In this document: positions 52,928-61,427 of the stretch, piece by piece
Position numbering within the stretch: the stretch's first letter is position 1
Layout of the letters: each line of letters opens with the position of its first letter
NCBI GenBank assembly: GCA_038231435.1
Contig: JBBRLJ010000013.1
Location: 53,480-117,479, forward strand
Reading direction: 5' to 3'
Length of the DNA stretch: 64,000 nucleotides
Source: Planctomycetota bacterium
Lineage (GTDB): Bacteria; Planctomycetota; UBA11346
Notes under the pieces: model-generated
What the model was told of the DNA's origin: nothing
Database searches by the model: none
Seen by the model: the letters and a program-made list of their open reading frames with translations, nothing else
Position numbers and translations under genes: made by a program

Positions 52928-52963
52928 CATCACCATCACCATCACCATCACCATCACCATCAC
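52928..52963. repeat. (CATCAC)6 microsatellite
   Basis: Six perfect copies in the divergent intergenic region. Confidence 0.95.
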
Positions 52964-53068
52964 CATCGACCCTCGCCATAGCCGAGACGCCGCTACCGCG
53001 GCTGGTCCGACGGCCTTCGTCGTGGCACATCTGCTGGCAATGATCGGTCTTCTGCCGATAACCGCTCC

Positions 53069-54217
53069 GTGAGCGCTACCGGTTATCTGCAGACCTGCGA
53101 GGCCTGCGAGCATGAATTCCGCGCCGGCTCGCGGCTGGTGGGCAAGCGCGTGCTCTGCCCATTCTGCCTCAGGCCCATGACCATCGCCGCTCCGCCGATG
53201 ATCGAGGATCCGCTCAGTGGGCAGGAGCTCGCTGGCTGCAAGCTGATCCGCAGGCTCGGCACCGGTTCCCTCGGCGTCGTCTATGAAGCCGAGCAGCACA
53301 AGGTCGAGCGGCGCGTGGCGATGAAGATGCTGTCGAGCAAGGCGGCGGCGGACGAGCGCATCGTCGAGCGTTTCCAGCGCGAGGCCAAGCTCTGCGCGCA
53401 GATCCAGCACGCGAATGTCGTCGGCATCTACGATTTCGGTTTCGATCGCAACGTCCACTACCTGACCATGGAGTACGTGAACGGCACCACCATGTCGGCG
53501 CTGATCGACGAGTCCGGGCGCATGCCCCTTCAGCATAGCGGCCGGCTCATGCTGCAGGTGGCGCGTGCGCTCGAGCACGTGCATTCGCTCGGCATCGTGC
53601 ATCGCGATATCAAGCCGGCCAACATCCTGGTGAACTCGCAAGGCGTGGCCAAGCTCGCCGATCTCGGGTTGGCGAAGAAGGTCGACCTCGGACCAAACGA
53701 CCAGCAGCGCCTGATCACCATGCAGGGGATGGTGCTCGGTTCGCCCGCCTACATGCCCCCGGAGCAGATCCAGAACGCCCGCGAGGTCACCAAAGCCGCG
53801 GACATCTACGCGCTCGGAGCGACGTTCTACCATGCGCTCACCGGCGCGCCGCCATTCGACGGCGTCAGCGGTCTCGAGGTGATGACCAAGGTGCTGCGCG
53901 ACCAGACGCCCCCGGTCGAGAGGCTGGCGCCGGGATTGCCGAAGGGCGTCGCCGAGCTGATCACGCGCATGCTCGACAAGGACCCGGCCAAACGCCCGCA
54001 GGATGCCAGCACCGTGATCATCCAGCTCGAGGACATCCTCTACAATCTCAGCCGCTCCTCCGCTCCAGCCCCGGCCAAGCCCAAGCGAACGGGCTTCCGC
54101 CTGCTGGTGTGCGTCCTGCTGCTCGCGAACGTAGCGCTGTGGCTGTTCCTGCTCGCGCGCTGGGGCCAGCTGCCCGGCGTGGCCGCCATCCTGCGCTCGT
54201 GGGGCCTGCCCAGCTGA
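53069..54217 (+). CDS. Hanks-type Ser/Thr kinase with N-terminal Zn ribbon and C-terminal TM
   Basis: CEAC...CPFC, LGTGSLGVVY, VAMK, HRDIKPANIL, DLGLA, GSPAYMPPEQ, DIYALG. Confidence 0.94.
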   Translation: MSATGYLQTCEACEHEFRAGSRLVGKRVLCPFCLRPMTIAAPPMIEDPLSGQELAGCKLIRRLGTGSLGVVYEAEQHKVERRVAMKMLSSKAAADERIVERFQREAKLCAQIQHANVVGIYDFGFDRNVHYLTMEYVNGTTMSALIDESGRMPLQHSGRLMLQVARALEHVHSLGIVHRDIKPANILVNSQGVAKLADLGLAKKVDLGPNDQQRLITMQGMVLGSPAYMPPEQIQNAREVTKAADIYALGATFYHALTGAPPFDGVSGLEVMTKVLRDQTPPVERLAPGLPKGVAELITRMLDKDPAKRPQDASTVIIQLEDILYNLSRSSAPAPAKPKRTGFRLLVCVLLLANVALWLFLLARWGQLPGVAAILRSWGLPS

Positions 54218-54352
54218 TCGCCGGCCCGGCGCGACGTCCCTGGCATCTCCCAGGAAGATTCTCCAGGTAATACGTTTCAAATTCCATGGTTCCGGCGTGG
54301 CCGGCGCTATCGTCCCTGGTGAGTCCCTCCACCCCCGACCGCCGAGCCGCCC

Positions 54353-56074
54353 ATGTCCAGCACCAGCAAGACCGCAGTATCTCCCGAGGCCTCTGGAGCC
54401 CGCGCTTTCCTGCCCGGCCAACCGTGGATGGATACCGAGGGCACGCCGATCGAGGCGCACGGCGGTGGCATCCTGTTCCACGACGGCGTGTATTACTGGT
54501 ACGGCGAGGACCATCGCCACGGGATCTGGAACAAGACCGGCATCTCGTGCTACTCATCGACCGACCTGCTGCACTGGACGAACCAGGGCGTGGTGTTGCC
54601 GAAGCAGGCGCTCGAAGAGGCGTTCCAGGACACCGGAGTCATGGAGCGTCCGAAGGTCATCTATAATCCTCGGACCAAGCTGTTCGTGATGTGGGCGCAC
54701 ATGGACGACCGCCCGTACAAGGTCGCCTCCGCCGGCATCGCCACCTGTGCGATCGCGCACGGCATCTTCACCTATCATGGGTATTCGCGCCCCATCCCGC
54801 ATCCCGCCGGTGGCATCGATGCGGATCCGCTCACGCGCCAGAAGGAGTTGGGTTCGACCTTCCGCGACATGAACCTCTTCGTCGACGACGATGGGGCTGC
54901 ATACGTGTTCTACGCCGCCGAGGACAACGCCACCATGTACGTCAGCCGGCTGAACGAGGATTTCACCGGCGTGGCCACGCCGGCGGTCGAGGGCGTCACC
55001 TGGGCGCGCATCTTCATCAACCGCTCGCGCGAAGCGCCGGCGCCGTTCAAGCATCGCGGCCGCTACTACGTCGTCACCTCGGGCTGCACGGGCTGGGGCC
55101 CGAATCCGGCGGAATACGGCGTCGCCGAGCGCATCCTTGGGCCGTGGCGGGTGGACGCCAACCCGTGCCGCGGCGCCGGTGCCGAGACCACCTTCCGCTC
55201 CCAGAGCACCTGCGTCATCCCTGCTCCCGGCAAGCCCGCCGGATCGTTCATCTACATGGGCGACCGTTGGGATTCGGACCGTCTCGAGAAGTCCACCTAT
55301 GTATGGTTGCCATTCGTCATCGGTGATGACCGCGCGATCTCGCTGGAGTGGTTCCCGCGCTGGGAGCTGTCAATCTTCGACGATCGGCCGACGAGCCTCG
55401 AGGCCCCGCGGACCCGAGCCGTGGGCGACACGCGTCTAGAGTGGGACGTGGTGCCGCGCGCGCACGGGTATCGCGTCTTCCGCAACGGCTTGCACATCGC
55501 CACCACCATCGACGCAGGATCGGATCTGCCGCCGGTGCTGGCCGGCCGGGCGTACGCCTACACCGTCGTCGCATTCGCGCTCGGCGCGGCCGATTCGCCG
55601 CCATCAGATGCGGTGATCATGCACCAGCAGCGCGCGCGGGACATCTTCCTCAGCGAACTCGAGGCGGATCACGCCACGCAAGGCTATGGCACGCTCAAGC
55701 GCGACCGCTCGGTGGTCGATGCGCCGCTGCGGATCGGCGAGCGCGCGTTCGCCCGGGGCCTGGGCACGCACGCCGTCAGCACCATCGCCTACGGCATCGG
55801 CGGACGTTACGCCTCGTTCGAGGCCTGGGCCGGCGTCGACGCCCAGTTCAAGCGCGGCACCATGTCGTTCGAGGTCTACGCCGACGCGCGCAAGGTCTTC
55901 GACAGCGGACTGATGCGCCACGAGACGCCGGCGGTGCACGTCGAGGTGTCGATGAACGGAGTACACGAGCTCAAGCTGGTGGTCACCGACGGCGGAGACG
56001 GCATCGATCAGGACCACGCGGTGTGGGGCGACGCCAGGCTTTCGGTTGGGGGGCTACTTCCTACGGACGGCTGA
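54353..56074 (+). CDS. GH43-family glycoside hydrolase with FN3-like and NPCBM/NEW2 domains
   Basis: AHGGG...YYWYGE, ERPKVIYN, RDMNLFVDDDG, REAPA, SGCTGW.PN, SQST, MGDRW. C-terminal RGLGTHA...DGGDGI..DHAVWGDA. Confidence 0.92.
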   Translation: MSSTSKTAVSPEASGARAFLPGQPWMDTEGTPIEAHGGGILFHDGVYYWYGEDHRHGIWNKTGISCYSSTDLLHWTNQGVVLPKQALEEAFQDTGVMERPKVIYNPRTKLFVMWAHMDDRPYKVASAGIATCAIAHGIFTYHGYSRPIPHPAGGIDADPLTRQKELGSTFRDMNLFVDDDGAAYVFYAAEDNATMYVSRLNEDFTGVATPAVEGVTWARIFINRSREAPAPFKHRGRYYVVTSGCTGWGPNPAEYGVAERILGPWRVDANPCRGAGAETTFRSQSTCVIPAPGKPAGSFIYMGDRWDSDRLEKSTYVWLPFVIGDDRAISLEWFPRWELSIFDDRPTSLEAPRTRAVGDTRLEWDVVPRAHGYRVFRNGLHIATTIDAGSDLPPVLAGRAYAYTVVAFALGAADSPPSDAVIMHQQRARDIFLSELEADHATQGYGTLKRDRSVVDAPLRIGERAFARGLGTHAVSTIAYGIGGRYASFEAWAGVDAQFKRGTMSFEVYADARKVFDSGLMRHETPAVHVEVSMNGVHELKLVVTDGGDGIDQDHAVWGDARLSVGGLLPTDG

Positions 56075-56175
56075 TGCCCCTAAGGGCATCTGAGATCGCT
56101 TCGCGATCCCCCCAACATCGCGCTGCCCCTACCGACCGGGGCCTCACGCCGCGCTGCCCCCCGGGAAGAAACGGG
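56042..56175. repeat. Repeat family A, inverted copy with extra internal hairpins
   Basis: GTTGGGGGGCTAC...CCCCCAACATCGCGCTGCCCCTACCGACCGGGGCCTCACGCCGCGCTGCCCCCC. Overlaps the GH43 3' end. Confidence 0.88.
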
Positions 56176-56249
56176 CAGCTGAATGAAGAGCAGGCGCCGA
56201 GGGCGCTGCTCGATCACAGCGGCATACACGAGAAGCCTCAGTGCCCCCG

Positions 56250-56993
56250 TCATTCGCCTAGGTAGGCGGCCTTGACCTTGGGGTCGTCGAGCAGTGCGCT
56301 CGAGGGGCCGTCGAGCACGATGCGGCCGGTCTCGAGCACGTAGCCACGGCCGGCGCACGACAGGGCGAGTTTGGCGTTCTGCTCGACCACCAGGATCGCC
56401 AGGCCCTCACGGTTGAGCTCACGGATCGCGGCGAAGATGCGCTGGACCAGGATCGGCGCGACGCCCATCGACGGTTCGTCCATCAGCAGCAGCGCTGGTC
56501 GGCTCATCAGCGCGCGCGCGATCGCGAGCATCTGCTGTTCGCCGCCCGAGAGCGTACCGCCTGACTGGGCCTTGCGCTCGGCGAGGATGGGGAAGAGGGC
56601 GAAAGCGCGCTCGAGATCGCGCTGGATTCCGGCGGAATCGTCGCGGATGAACGCGCCGAGGCGCAGGTTCTCCATGACCGTCAGACGCGGGAAGATGCGG
56701 CGGCCCTCGGGAACCTGGGCGAGGCCGAGCCGCACGATCTCGTGCGCCGGCGTGCGCGCGATGCTCGCGCCCTTGAAGCGGATGTCGCCCGCGTTTGCGC
56801 GCACGATCCCCGAGCAGCACATCAGCGTGGTGGTCTTGCCGGCGCCGTTGCTGCCGATCAGGGTGACGATCTCGCCGGCACGCACGCTCAGCGACACGCC
56901 CTGCAGCACGCCGATCGCCCCGTAGCCGGCGTGGACGGAGTCCAGTTCGAGCAGGACATCCCTCGTCGAGGCCGGACCCTCGGCCGCGCTCAT
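56250..56993 (-). CDS. livF: Branched-chain amino acid ABC transporter ATPase
   Basis: GSNGAGKTT, VPEGRRIF, LSGGEQQMLA, MDEPS, VEQNA, YLG. Confidence 0.95.
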   Translation of the reverse strand: MSAAEGPASTRDVLLELDSVHAGYGAIGVLQGVSLSVRAGEIVTLIGSNGAGKTTTLMCCSGIVRANAGDIRFKGASIARTPAHEIVRLGLAQVPEGRRIFPRLTVMENLRLGAFIRDDSAGIQRDLERAFALFPILAERKAQSGGTLSGGEQQMLAIARALMSRPALLLMDEPSMGVAPILVQRIFAAIRELNREGLAILVVEQNAKLALSCAGRGYVLETGRIVLDGPSSALLDDPKVKAAYLGE

Positions 56994-58024
56994 GCCTGCT
57001 CCGCGCCGAGATAGGCCTCGATGACCTTGGGATCGGCGCGCACCTCGGCGGGCGTGCCCTCGGCGATCTTGTGTCCGTAATGCAGGACCACCACCCGATC
57101 GCTGATGCCCATCACCACGCGCATGTGATGCTCGATCAGCAGGATCGTCACCCCGCTGTCGCGGATGCGGCGGATCAGCGCGACCAGCTGGTCGCCTTCC
57201 GTCGGATTCATCCCCGCCGCCGGTTCGTCGAGCAACAACAGCCGTGGTCGTGACGCCAGCGCGCGCGCGATCTCGAGACGGCGCTGGTGGCCGTAGGGGA
57301 GGCTGCCAGCCGCGACGTCGGCGACATCGCGGAGGCCGACGAATGCGAGGAGCTCCTCGGCGCGCGTGGCGGCCTCGCGCTCCTCGCGCCGGTGGCGCGG
57401 CAGGCGCAGAATGGCGTCCCAACCGCGCGCTCGCAGGTGGGCGTCCATGCCGACCAGCACGTTGTCGAGCGCGCTGAGCTCGCGGAATAGCCGGATGTTC
57501 TGGAAGGTGCGCGCCACGCCCGCGCGCGATACCCGCTCGGGCACGCGGCGCGCGCGGCTCCAGACGCTCCATGCCCCCGCCGCGCCGATGGCGAAGCCGA
57601 GGATCGCCGCGCCCAGCGGCCAGCCAGTCTCGCCGAGACGATGCATGAACGCTACGGCTGCCCGACCCCACGGCATGGCCTGCCTGTAGGTGTACGGCTC
57701 GTCGACACCGACGCGCCAGAGATCGAGCAGGTCGATGCCGATGGCGGCGATGGCCGCTGTGCCCAGTCCGATGGCGGCCCAGCCGAGCGCGGCGCGCCAG
57801 CCCAGTGGCGCGGCCACGTCGCGTCCATCGATGGCCACGGATCCCGAGGTCGGCGGATGGATGCCGGTGACGGCGTTGAACAGCGAGGTCTTGCCGGCGC
57901 CATTGGGGCCGATCACGGCCAGGATCTCGCCGGGCATCACGCGGAAGCCGACGTTGTCGACCGCGGTGAGCCCGCCGAAGCGCAGGGTCAGATCGCGCAC
58001 CTCGAGCGCCGGCGCGATGCTCAT
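56990..58024 (-). CDS. livG: Branched-chain amino acid ABC ATPase with internal hydrophobic insertion
   Basis: GPNGAGKTS, ARTFQNIRLF, LPYGHQRRLEIARAL, LDEPAAG, IEHHM. Confidence 0.93.
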   Translation of the reverse strand: MSIAPALEVRDLTLRFGGLTAVDNVGFRVMPGEILAVIGPNGAGKTSLFNAVTGIHPPTSGSVAIDGRDVAAPLGWRAALGWAAIGLGTAAIAAIGIDLLDLWRVGVDEPYTYRQAMPWGRAAVAFMHRLGETGWPLGAAILGFAIGAAGAWSVWSRARRVPERVSRAGVARTFQNIRLFRELSALDNVLVGMDAHLRARGWDAILRLPRHRREEREAATRAEELLAFVGLRDVADVAAGSLPYGHQRRLEIARALASRPRLLLLDEPAAGMNPTEGDQLVALIRRIRDSGVTILLIEHHMRVVMGISDRVVVLHYGHKIAEGTPAEVRADPKVIEAYLGAEQA

Positions 58025-59079
58025 GTCTTCGCTCCGCCGGTGGGCGCGCCCGCCGAGGCCGGGCGGCGCATCCTAGCGCGCACCTCGCGCGCCGGCAGCA
58101 AGCCCTCGGGCTTGAAGCGCATGGCCAGGATCAGCGCCAGGCCGAAGACCATGAACTTCCAATTGTTGGGCGAGGCGAGCACGCTGCCGCTGGAAGCCTG
58201 GTTGCCGAGCGCGTCGCTCAGGCGCACCAGCACGATGCTGTTGAAGCCGAACATCAGCAGCGAGCCGAGCAGCACGCCCGGGATGCTGCCCATGCCGCCG
58301 ACGATCACCGCGCACAGCACCATGATCGACATCTGGAAGTCATAGTATCCAGGCTCGACGCTGGTGCCGACCAGGGCGGCGTTGAGGGCGCCGCCCGCCG
58401 CGCACAGCGCGGCGCCCCAGCTGAACGCCGACAGCTTGGCGCGCGCGGCGTTGACGCCCGAGGCGCGCGCCGCCAACTCATCCTCGCGCACCGCCACCCA
58501 GGCGCGTCCGACGCGCGAACGGCGCAGGTTGCGGCACAGCGCGACAGCAGCGATCGCGAAGGCGAGGTACAGGTAATAGAAGGGGAGATTGCGCTCGGTG
58601 GTGAACGCCAGGCCGGGCAGCACCGGATGCGGCACCGGATTGATACCGGTGGTGCCCTTGGTGATCGGCTCGAGATTTTTGAGCAGATCCTGGACGATCT
58701 CGCCGAAGCCGAGGGTGACGATGGCGAGGTAATCTCCGCGCAGGCGCATGGTCGGCAGGCCCAGCAGCGCGCCGACCGCGGCCCCGATCGCGGTCGATGC
58801 GCCCAGGCCCCACCAGAATCCGAGACGGAACGGATAGATGTCGCAGGTGAGGATGCTGTAGGCGTAGGCGCCGATCGCCACGAATGCGGCGGCGCCGAGA
58901 TTCAGGAGGCCGGTGAAACCAGTGACGATGTTCAGGCCCAGGCCGATGACGGTGAAGGCGAAGATGGTCGGCATCAGCTGCGAGATCCGCCAGCCCTGCG
59001 GTGCCAGCAGTTCGAGTCCGGGCATGACCACCGCGAAGGCGATCAGCGCCGCCGCGAATGCCCAGCGGTAGCGGCTCAT
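58021..59079 (-). CDS. livM: Branched-chain amino acid ABC permease
   Basis: GLNIVTGFTGLLNLG, RLRGDYLAIVTLGFGEI, GRAW.AVREDE.AA, GGMGSI.G. Confidence 0.94.
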   Translation of the reverse strand: MSRYRWAFAAALIAFAVVMPGLELLAPQGWRISQLMPTIFAFTVIGLGLNIVTGFTGLLNLGAAAFVAIGAYAYSILTCDIYPFRLGFWWGLGASTAIGAAVGALLGLPTMRLRGDYLAIVTLGFGEIVQDLLKNLEPITKGTTGINPVPHPVLPGLAFTTERNLPFYYLYLAFAIAAVALCRNLRRSRVGRAWVAVREDELAARASGVNAARAKLSAFSWGAALCAAGGALNAALVGTSVEPGYYDFQMSIMVLCAVIVGGMGSIPGVLLGSLLMFGFNSIVLVRLSDALGNQASSGSVLASPNNWKFMVFGLALILAMRFKPEGLLPAREVRARMRRPASAGAPTGGAKT

Positions 59080-60020
59080 ACCTTCTCCCGCACGTGCGCG
59101 CCGAGGATGCCCGACGGCCGGAACACCAGCACCAGGATCAGCACCGCGAACACCAGCACGTTGGTCCACTGCGTGGCGATCAGGCCGTCCGACGCCGCTC
59201 GCACCACGCCGATCACCAGCCCGCCGAGCACTGCCCCGGGGAGGTTACCGATGCCGCCCAGGACCGCAGCGGTGAAGGCGTCCATGCCGATGCGGTAGCC
59301 CATCTGGAAGCTGATGGTGTTGTTGTACAGCGAGTACACCACCGCAGCGACGCCCGCGAGCGCGCCGCCGATGATGAAGGTGGCGCCGATGACGCGGTCG
59401 ACGTCGATGCCCATGAGGCGGGCCGCGGTGGGATTCTGCGCGGTGGCGCGCATCGCCGTTCCCAGGCGCGTGCCGCGCACGAATGCCGACAGCGCCAGCA
59501 TCAGCGGCACCGTCACCACCGCGACCAGCACGTCCTTCAGGGTGAGCAGCACCGGACAGCCCTGCCAGAGCAGGTTGGTGGTCGAGACCAGATCGGGGAC
59601 GCTCTTCGGCGCCGACGCGGCCTTGCCGCCGTCGAACACCGCCATTGGCGCGCCGCCCCAGAACAGCCCGATATTCACGAAGATGAACGACACGCCGATC
59701 GCCGACACCAGGGCGGTGAGCTTCGGCGCCTCGCGGATCGGCCGGTAGGCGAGCCGATCGACCGACCAGTTGATCGCCGCGCAGAACACCGGGGTGACCA
59801 CCAGCAGCACGGCCAGGCCGATGAGCGGATGGTGCTCGAGCCCGCACGCGCCGACGATGGTGAGCGAGAAGAACGCTCCGAGCATGACCAGGTCGCCGTG
59901 GGCGAAATTGATCAGCTCGATGATGCCGTAGACCATGGTGTAGCCGAGCGCCACCAGAGCGATGATCAGGCCGTTGGTCAGGCCGATGATCAGCAGCTGG
60001 AGGAGGGTCGGCCAATCCAT
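59076..60020 (-). CDS. livH: Branched-chain amino acid ABC permease
   Basis: ALGYTMVYGIIELINFAHG, G.AMRA.AQN..AA.LMGI, FTAAVLGGIG, RPSGILG. Confidence 0.95.
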   Translation of the reverse strand: MDWPTLLQLLIIGLTNGLIIALVALGYTMVYGIIELINFAHGDLVMLGAFFSLTIVGACGLEHHPLIGLAVLLVVTPVFCAAINWSVDRLAYRPIREAPKLTALVSAIGVSFIFVNIGLFWGGAPMAVFDGGKAASAPKSVPDLVSTTNLLWQGCPVLLTLKDVLVAVVTVPLMLALSAFVRGTRLGTAMRATAQNPTAARLMGIDVDRVIGATFIIGGALAGVAAVVYSLYNNTISFQMGYRIGMDAFTAAVLGGIGNLPGAVLGGLVIGVVRAASDGLIATQWTNVLVFAVLILVLVFRPSGILGAHVREKV

Positions 60021-60122
60021 CGCGGGTAGGTTGCGGGGGGAATCGGGGAATTCCAGGGTGGCGGTGGGGGAGCGGGGTGTTGACTGGTTGGACAGGTTGG
60101 GGGATGCGTCGATCACGCAGGG

Positions 60123-60358
60123 GAGGGCTCGAAGGTGAGAAGGCTGGAAAGCTCGAAGGCTCGAAGGCTCGAGAGACGGCAGATGGTTGCGGGCCATGAC
60201 GACGTTGTTTGGGCATTCTAGCCTTCTCACCTTCTCACCTTCTCACCTTCTCACCTTCTTGCCTTCTTGCCTTCTCCACTGCTTGTCGGATGTCGGTGGA
60301 ACAGAGGCAGGTGAAGGCTCGAAGGCAAGAAGGCTCGAAAGCTCGAAGGCTCGAGGGC
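60123..60358. repeat. Three blocks of 8-mer GAAGGNNN tandem repeats in alternating orientation
   Basis: 60123-60175 GAAGGCTC-type; 60218-60277 (TCACCTTC)4(TTGCCTTC)2; 60313-60358 GAAGGCTC/GAAGGCAA. Confidence 0.9.
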
Positions 60359-60406
60359 AGCCGACGGCACGTGTGTTGTGGGCGTTCTCCCCGGCGGCGC
60401 GATTGT

Positions 60407-60488
60407 CGCGATCGTCCTCGGCGTCAAGGCCAGGCCGCGGTGGCCGCGGTGGCCGGAGCGGCCAGCCTTGACCCCGAGGACGATCGCG
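60407..60488 (+). promoter_or_regulatory. Conserved structured leader (three-way junction on a long stem), copy 1
   Basis: CGCGATCGTCCTCGG pairs with CCGAGGACGATCGCG. It encloses GTCAAGGC-CAGG-CCGCGG-TGG-CCGCGG-TGGCCG-GAG-CGGCCA-GCCTTGAC. Function unknown. Confidence 0.65.
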
Positions 60489-60512
60489 CAGTGGGGCGCA
60501 AGGAGAACGGAC

Positions 60513-60866
60513 ATGGAGAGATTCGAAGATTTGAGCGTGTGGCAGCGGGCGGCGGGGTTGGCGGAGAAGATTCGGGAAGAGCGGGGACTGCAGCGCAGCG
60601 GCGATGGATTGCGCGGACAGATCCGTCGGGCGGCGGCTTCGATCGCCTACAACATCGCCGAAGGGCACGGACGCGCGAGCGAGGGCGACTTCCAGCGCTT
60701 CCTGGCGATTGCAGGTGGCTCGTGCGCTGAAGTGCAGGCGCAGCTGCGCATGGCATCGCGAAACGGTTTCATCGCGCGTGAGCGTTTCGTCACGATGCTC
60801 AACGAAGCGATCGCGATTGGATTCATGATCCGCAATCTGCGGCGGCGGCTACGGCCGCCGCCGTGA
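60513..60866 (+). CDS. Four helix bundle protein (23S rRNA IVP / bAvd-like family)
   Basis: FEDLSVWQRA, QIRRAAASIAYNIAEG.GR, F.RFLAIA.GS.AEV.AQL. AAGGAG RBS. Confidence 0.92.
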   Translation: MERFEDLSVWQRAAGLAEKIREERGLQRSGDGLRGQIRRAAASIAYNIAEGHGRASEGDFQRFLAIAGGSCAEVQAQLRMASRNGFIARERFVTMLNEAIAIGFMIRNLRRRLRPPP

Positions 60867-60870
60867 GACG

Positions 60871-61215
60871 TCACGTATTGACGACGTATCGGCGCAGGGC
60901 GCTGAGCATCCAGCCGATCTGTTGGGCGGTATCGATGAGAACGATGAACGAGTCGCGATCGAGATGGCCGCAGGCGTGAGCTCGGCGCAGCTGGCTCTGG
61001 GCTTCGGCGCACGATCCATTGGCGATCGCCAGGAAGTGCGCGAACTGTGGCGCGCTGCCGCGCTCGGATCCTTCGGCGATGTTGTCAGGGATTGATGCTG
61101 CCGAGCGCCGCAACTGCGACGCCGCTTCATGACGCATCCGCACCGCGGCCTTCTCGACCGCCACCGCGAGATCCTGCGCCTTTTGCCACACGATGAGCTT
61201 TTCGAACTGAGCCAT
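60871..61215 (-). CDS. Four helix bundle protein (23S rRNA IVP / bAvd-like family)
   Basis: FEKLIVWQKA, QLRRSAASIPDNIAEG.ER, FAHFLAIANGS.AE..SQL. AAGGAG RBS. Confidence 0.92.
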   Translation of the reverse strand: MAQFEKLIVWQKAQDLAVAVEKAAVRMRHEAASQLRRSAASIPDNIAEGSERGSAPQFAHFLAIANGSCAEAQSQLRRAHACGHLDRDSFIVLIDTAQQIGWMLSALRRYVVNT

Positions 61216-61241
61216 GGTTGTGCTCTCCTTCGCACCCACCC

Positions 61242-61326
61242 AGCGGACGCGCGCAGCTGTCAAGGCTGGCCGCTTCGGCCACCGCGGTTCTTCCGCGGCA
61301 TGGCCTTGACAGCGAGCACGTCCGCT
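61242..61326 (-). promoter_or_regulatory. Conserved structured leader, copy 2
   Basis: On the minus strand AGCGGACGTGC..GCT pairs with AGC..GCGCGTCCGCT. It encloses GTCAAGGC-CATG-CCGCGG-AAGAA-CCGCGG-TGGCCG-AAG-CGGCCA-GCCTTGAC. Confidence 0.65.
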
Positions 61327-61427
61327 ACGATCGCGATTCCGAGGAGAGCCCGACACGAACCGTGCCTCTATCTCTTCCCTCTTCCCAACTTTCTACTTCT
61401 TCACCTACAAGTCGTCCGTCCGTCCGC

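Noticed and set aside
60123..60358. Possible CRISPR array
   Set aside because: Units are 8-mers in tandem with no 23-47-bp repeat and spacer periodicity, and no cas genes are present.
60513..61215. Diversity-generating retroelement or 23S rRNA intervening sequence
   Set aside because: No reverse transcriptase, no template/variable repeat pair and no rRNA sequence in the window.
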